Shown: piece after piece, positions 59,253 to 64,000 of the stretch | How the letters are laid out: every line of letters begins with the position of its first letter | Numbering within the stretch: position 1 is the stretch's first letter | Virus record (IMG/VR): IMGVR_UViG_3300050188_000002 | Origin: an uncultured virus (IMG/VR IMGVR_UViG_3300050188_000002) | Taxonomy: Duplodnaviria > Heunggongvirae > Uroviricota > Caudoviricetes | Length of the DNA: 64,000 bases | Direction: 5' to 3' (one strand) | Program-made: the position numbers and the translations under genes | The notes under the pieces: generated by a model | What the model was told of the DNA's origin: nothing | Seen by the model: only the letters and a program-made list of their open reading frames with translations | Database searches by the model: none

Positions 59253-60401
59253 ATGTCAGTAATAAATTCATCATCGAATATTGTAGACACCTCTGGAGCG
59301 GTACTGTCTAGTGGTGCAATTGGATACTTTTCTACCCATGCATCTGGACCTCAGGGATCTATTGACTATGTACAAACCGGAAACCCTCCAGTTGGTCCGG
59401 TTCCCGGAGTAGCAATAAATTTAGTATCTGGAGGTGCAAATGGATCATATCCAACTTCTGGTGTAACGTATTCGGTTGATATGTCAGTTGGCTCCGGAGT
59501 GACATTCGATGGTATAAGTGGGTATCTTGATATTCCAACGTTACCAGCGTCAGCATCTGATCCAATTGGAATATTGTTCTCATATTCATTAAGTTCCGGG
59601 TCGGCTCTAGACATTAATTTGTTTGATTTAACAGATGGGATTAATTATTTAGTTGTTAAGATTCCAGCAAACACAAGTACCATTAATACATCATATGATA
59701 CCGCAATGGTTACAAGTGCAAGTAACCCACAATATACTAATGGAACAAATACTGTATTTGTTTATTTTGATGGTGTGTCATCATTAAAACTTTATATCAA
59801 TGGCCTATTAGCAGCATCGACAACATATACACCTGTATCTTGGACTCCTAATAAGGGAACATTTGGAGCCCTTTGGACCGGAACTTCGTATGCTGGATTT
59901 TCTTCATATACACTAAATGACCCGGCAATATTTGATTCTGCATTGACTACTACTCAGATCTTGCAACTAATGGGACAAGCAAGTACTGCTGCTCCATTAC
60001 CTGGACAAGTATTATCTGATGCAACGGATGTCAATGCCGGTTATTTAGATCAAGAATTGGTTGCTGGAGTAGGAATCAGTATTACACCAATCTCTAATGG
60101 TTCTGGAAACGACTCATTGGTAATTGCGGCTACTGGTCCCGCCGCGACCTTGGTTGAGATTCCATTTAAAATATTAAAACCAAATGAATTACCTGACGGT
60201 GTTATCTCTACATTTACATTTACAAACTCATATGTAATGACCCATCCTATATTTTTTGCTGGTGGTTCATTCCTAGAAGATATAACTCCTGATTATACTT
60301 GGGTTTCTTCCACAAAAACTTTAACAATCAATGGTTCTGTAATGCCTTCATCAGGAATGCCTATCAGAGCCGTCATCGGACTTTTCTCTGAAACTTATTA
60401 A
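59253..60401 (+). CDS. Virion protein with a LamG/concanavalin-like domain
   Basis: FDGISGY...LKLYING...IFDSALTTTQI..L. Confidence 0.6.
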   Translation: MSVINSSSNIVDTSGAVLSSGAIGYFSTHASGPQGSIDYVQTGNPPVGPVPGVAINLVSGGANGSYPTSGVTYSVDMSVGSGVTFDGISGYLDIPTLPASASDPIGILFSYSLSSGSALDINLFDLTDGINYLVVKIPANTSTINTSYDTAMVTSASNPQYTNGTNTVFVYFDGVSSLKLYINGLLAASTTYTPVSWTPNKGTFGALWTGTSYAGFSSYTLNDPAIFDSALTTTQILQLMGQASTAAPLPGQVLSDATDVNAGYLDQELVAGVGISITPISNGSGNDSLVIAATGPAATLVEIPFKILKPNELPDGVISTFTFTNSYVMTHPIFFAGGSFLEDITPDYTWVSSTKTLTINGSVMPSSGMPIRAVIGLFSETY

Positions 60402-60409
60402 ATAACAAC

Positions 60410-60886
60410 ATGCCATCATACGTAATACATCGCGGAAATGTAATAGACAGAATTATAATTTCTCCTTCTATGCCAACAAATATAGCGGAAGGGTATGTAG
60501 TATCTGAAGTATCTACTTTAGTTGATTTGGATGTAATTAAAGGAACCATATCCAGTAGACCAACGTTAGACTATCTTAAAGACCTACGTAAGAAAATCGA
60601 AAGTACAGTATTATACAATGGAGTTTGGTATGATGCTGATCCGGAATCGCAAATTAAATTTCTAGGTGCATTTAGAGTTGTTGCGTTAGGCATGTGGCCG
60701 GAGGCTGGTATTCCATGGAGATCGTACGATAACTCTTGGCATGTCCTTACTGTAACCGATATCCAAAATCTTTTTCAAACAATATATCAAAGACAGCACG
60801 ATGCGTTTACGGCGTTTGCTGCTGATGAACAATTACTCGCGCAAGGACAACCTGCAACCAATCTTTCTGCCTTGGGACAACCATAA
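60410..60886 (+). CDS. DUF4376-like fibre-associated protein
   Basis: YNG..YDAD..SQ.....WRS.DN....LT..D. Confidence 0.65.
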   Translation: MPSYVIHRGNVIDRIIISPSMPTNIAEGYVVSEVSTLVDLDVIKGTISSRPTLDYLKDLRKKIESTVLYNGVWYDADPESQIKFLGAFRVVALGMWPEAGIPWRSYDNSWHVLTVTDIQNLFQTIYQRQHDAFTAFAADEQLLAQGQPATNLSALGQP

Positions 60887-60895
60887 GAGGACATT

Positions 60896-62221
60896 ATGTC
60901 AGACTTAAATACACTAAATCTTTTATCAAACATTTCTTCTGCAACAGAGTTTACTGCTGATGTAGCATATACTGGAGTTAGCATTGGTGATACTCTACTT
61001 CGAATAACTCTTGTAAAGAACTCTTTAGGTACCCCAAGTACAGGAAGTGTAATTTGGGTTAATAAAAGTACTAATTCTATTGTCTCTGCTCCTGTTGCTT
61101 TGCCTCCAGAAAAGGCTTCTGCTCTACCATCTGATTCTTCTACCGCAACTAATCAAGCATCGCAATTGGTAGTTGAAACCGCTATCTCATCTAGCATTGG
61201 TCAAGTGTCGGATGTTGCATATTTAGGTTCAGGTAACGCCTCTGAAATATCAATTTTAAAAGGTATATACACAACTCATAATGCATCTCTACAATCAATT
61301 TTAAGTGCGGTAAATGCACAATTAGAGTTAACTTCTAGCGTATGGACCGATATTAGTGGAGCATTCTATTATCGTAGAGAGATCTATGATAGTTCTACAT
61401 CTTCTTATAGCATCGTATATACAACTCCACAAGGTGCTCCGGCCACGCCAGACTCGGCAACATTAATACCGGCTGGTGGTGACACAATTAAATTAGAGCA
61501 ATCTCAGTACATCGCTACTGCGTCTGGTACAGGCGTAACAATTGGAGATTATTTAATTAATATAGTAGCAGTCAACACTGGAGTTAATCCATATACTGTG
61601 GCTGCAAATTTCTGGATTAATATTTCTACTACAGCAACACTATCCACCCCTCCTGTTAGTGGAACATATGCGTTCGTTGATAGTATTGTATTAAATAATA
61701 TACTATCCCAAGTTACTAATATCTCAACTTCTGTTGGAACCCCATCAGATTCGGCTTGGGTATCAGGAGATGGTACACATACATCGTTACTAAAAACAGT
61801 TGCAACAAATACCTTCTCACAAGGGAGTGTTGTTGATGTTGCTGCTATAAATGGTACTGGTTCATATTCAGTAATATCATTGCTAAAAGCATTATTGAAT
61901 TCTAACCAATCGGTGTCTAGTGCTGTAACACCAGTTGATAGAAGTCTGACTATAACAACCGGAGGAACAGCACAGCAATTAGCCGCGTCAAATACTTCCA
62001 GACGTAGAATGGTTATTCAAAATCCAGCGAATATAACAGGAAATATAAACTCTGAATCTATATATATTTCATTTGTAGGAACTGCGACTATTGCTGGTGT
62101 TGGGTCTTTTGAACTAATGCCAGGAGCAACTTGGGATACTGCCGGTGCTACCCCAATAAGTTCAGCTGTATCTGTTATAGCGTCTACAACTGGGCATATT
62201 ATCAACGCTTTCGAACTCTAA
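60896..62221 (+). CDS. Ser/Thr-rich virion or fibre protein
   Basis: Internal repeats ..D.A....G....ISLLK and a C-terminal AASN.SRR...IQN domain. Confidence 0.6.
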   Translation: MSDLNTLNLLSNISSATEFTADVAYTGVSIGDTLLRITLVKNSLGTPSTGSVIWVNKSTNSIVSAPVALPPEKASALPSDSSTATNQASQLVVETAISSSIGQVSDVAYLGSGNASEISILKGIYTTHNASLQSILSAVNAQLELTSSVWTDISGAFYYRREIYDSSTSSYSIVYTTPQGAPATPDSATLIPAGGDTIKLEQSQYIATASGTGVTIGDYLINIVAVNTGVNPYTVAANFWINISTTATLSTPPVSGTYAFVDSIVLNNILSQVTNISTSVGTPSDSAWVSGDGTHTSLLKTVATNTFSQGSVVDVAAINGTGSYSVISLLKALLNSNQSVSSAVTPVDRSLTITTGGTAQQLAASNTSRRRMVIQNPANITGNINSESIYISFVGTATIAGVGSFELMPGATWDTAGATPISSAVSVIASTTGHIINAFEL

Positions 62222-62229
62222 TAATAAAA

Positions 62230-64000
62230 ATGTCAATACGCGGCCAAACATCTGCACAAACAAATAATTTAGCAAGAGTACGTGCCTATAATGACAACTC
62301 TATGGGTGGTGTTGTCTCTTATGTCAATCAAAATTTGACTATTTCCGGATCACGTTCATTTTCTGCCCCGCAACATATTATTGTTTCTGCCGCAAAAACT
62401 TTGACATTAAGTGGACAATGGACCGGGCGTCTAGTTAAAAATGGGGCAGGGATCATACAGTCTAACGTCGTACAGAATTTGACGCGTTTGGACATCCTGA
62501 GCGGTCGATATAACATCGGGTCGGGGGTGAACAACATTGGGCCTACNNNNNNNNNNCTACCCCAGTTGTGAACATCGGCTCCACCGGCATCCTGTACAAC
62601 GGCCCGGGCTACAACTCTCAGTCGGTGTTTGCCCTGATGGGAGATAGCGGTGGGATCATCGAAAACCAGTCCGGAAACGGCCCATTCACTGTCACAGTCG
62701 CCGACGTGCCGACAACGCCGATCCCGGCGTGGAACGGGACGATCGGCGGCCCCACTGGTCAGAATGTGATTGTTGACCTGGTCGGAACCGGCACCCGTAT
62801 GTGGGGTGGGGTCTGGAACGGCACAGGTACCGTTTCCAGGTTCAACACAACGAACGGTCAGACTGTCATCACGTCGGCGACCGGGATGTCGAATGGTGTG
62901 GCTTCCCATGCTAACATCGTCACCGCCCCCGGCGTGTTGTCCTTGGACGTCGATGCCAACGTGTGCAACCTTCAAGGTACCGGGACGGTCAATTCCTACA
63001 GCGCGACGCCACACACGTTGACCGTGAACATCGGCGTCACGCATACGTTTGCCGGCGTCCTGGACGGGCCGATCTCGTACAGCACTGGAGCGGTGACGAC
63101 CGAGGTTTGTACGTTCTCAGGTGGGCACACGAATACCGGGGCCTTCATCGCCACGACCGGAAACACCCTCAAGTACGACTACGCGACGAACAACGTCATC
63201 CCAGCCACGGTGTCTTTGACGTTGGCCGGTGGAACCCATCAGTTCCTGAACGTCTCCGGTACGGCGCTGATCGGGGGAGCGACAGCCACCGCCAACGGCA
63301 GCACCTTGAGTTTCAGCAACTGCTCCGGAACGGTGGATCTCAACACGGTCTCCTTGGGGGCATTCACGGCCAATATGTCGGGGGTGTACTCAACGCCCGC
63401 CACATGGAAGGCCACAGGGATGCCTCTGTCGTCCGATATCACGGGTCTGACCAATGGCGGATATCAAGTCTCGACTGATGCCAGCGGCTTCTTGACCGCT
63501 GCTATTCCGTCCTTGTGGAGCCAAGGGGGGACTCTCGTGTCCGCCGGGCCGGCTGTGATCTCCTACCTCGACCCGACCGGGGCTGGTGGGAACCTCGCCA
63601 GCACCCCCGTCACGGTAGGCACGGGCGTCCAGACCATTGGCGGCTTGGTGGCCAACGTCTACGCCCAGAACCCCGGCGGGTATGTCCTGCCACTCTCGAT
63701 CCCGAGCGGCGCCGGCCTCCAGACACCGTCGATCACGAACAACAATCAGGCGCTGTCGATCTCCGGGGTCGGCCTGCTCCAATCGGCAACTGCGGGCGGC
63801 ACGCTCACGATCGACAACAGCCAGACGGTGACGCTCTCGACTACGGTTCAAAACAACACGACGGCATCGTCACTCGCAAAGACCGGAACGGGCACGCTGG
63901 TACTAGCCGCCACTCAGACTTATACCGGTGGGACGACCGTCAGTCAAGGGACGCTCCAGGTAGGGACCGCTTCCCAGTTGTTCAATGCATCGGCTGCTCA
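62230..64000 (+). CDS. Adhesin/fibre-like protein with autotransporter-associated beta-strand (PATR) repeats, running off the window end
   Basis: ATG 62230; after the N gap, the frame from 62559 reads to LAKTGTGTLVLAATQTYTGGTTVSQGTLQVG. Confidence 0.7.

Noticed and set aside
2223..62556. Frame breaks at the N runs as biological frameshifts
   Set aside because: They coincide with 10-N scaffold gaps of unknown true length.
62328..63851. Several ORF-track calls in the GC-rich end
   Set aside because: Alternative-frame artefacts of high GC; the frame from 62559 carries the PATR repeat.

Overview
The window is part of a large, AT-rich T4-like (myovirus) phage genome scaffold with six 10-N gaps, most of which break reading frames. 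It encodes baseplate, neck, tail and head genes (gp8-, gp7- and DUF4815-like, gp13, gp14, gp3, gp16, gp18-gp23 and a second gp23/gp24 paralog). Replication and recombination genes include UvsY, UvsW, gp44/62, gp41, RNase H, gp61, gp33, gp59 and gp32, followed by NrdA and a class Ic-like NrdB. A 5.2-kb minus-strand RNA array (4520-9712) holds 22 canonical tRNAs covering all 20 amino acids, two non-canonical UAU tRNA-like genes, a tmRNA and several unexplained structured spacers. The main novel candidate lies just upstream of the array. A 24-codon leader ORF (MTLSCYNPFHKQPSDNRAWETVIA) uses 19 of the 20 amino acids and is followed immediately by mutually exclusive antiterminator and terminator hairpins. 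This looks like a pan-tRNA-sensing ribosomal attenuator controlling late expression of the array. Other observations are a ~375-nt structured non-coding element at 12603-12976, small proteins that copy capsid-protein motifs, probable leaderless late mRNAs, and a GC-rich autotransporter-repeat segment at the window end. All calls come from reading the sequence by eye; no searches or folding programs were run.
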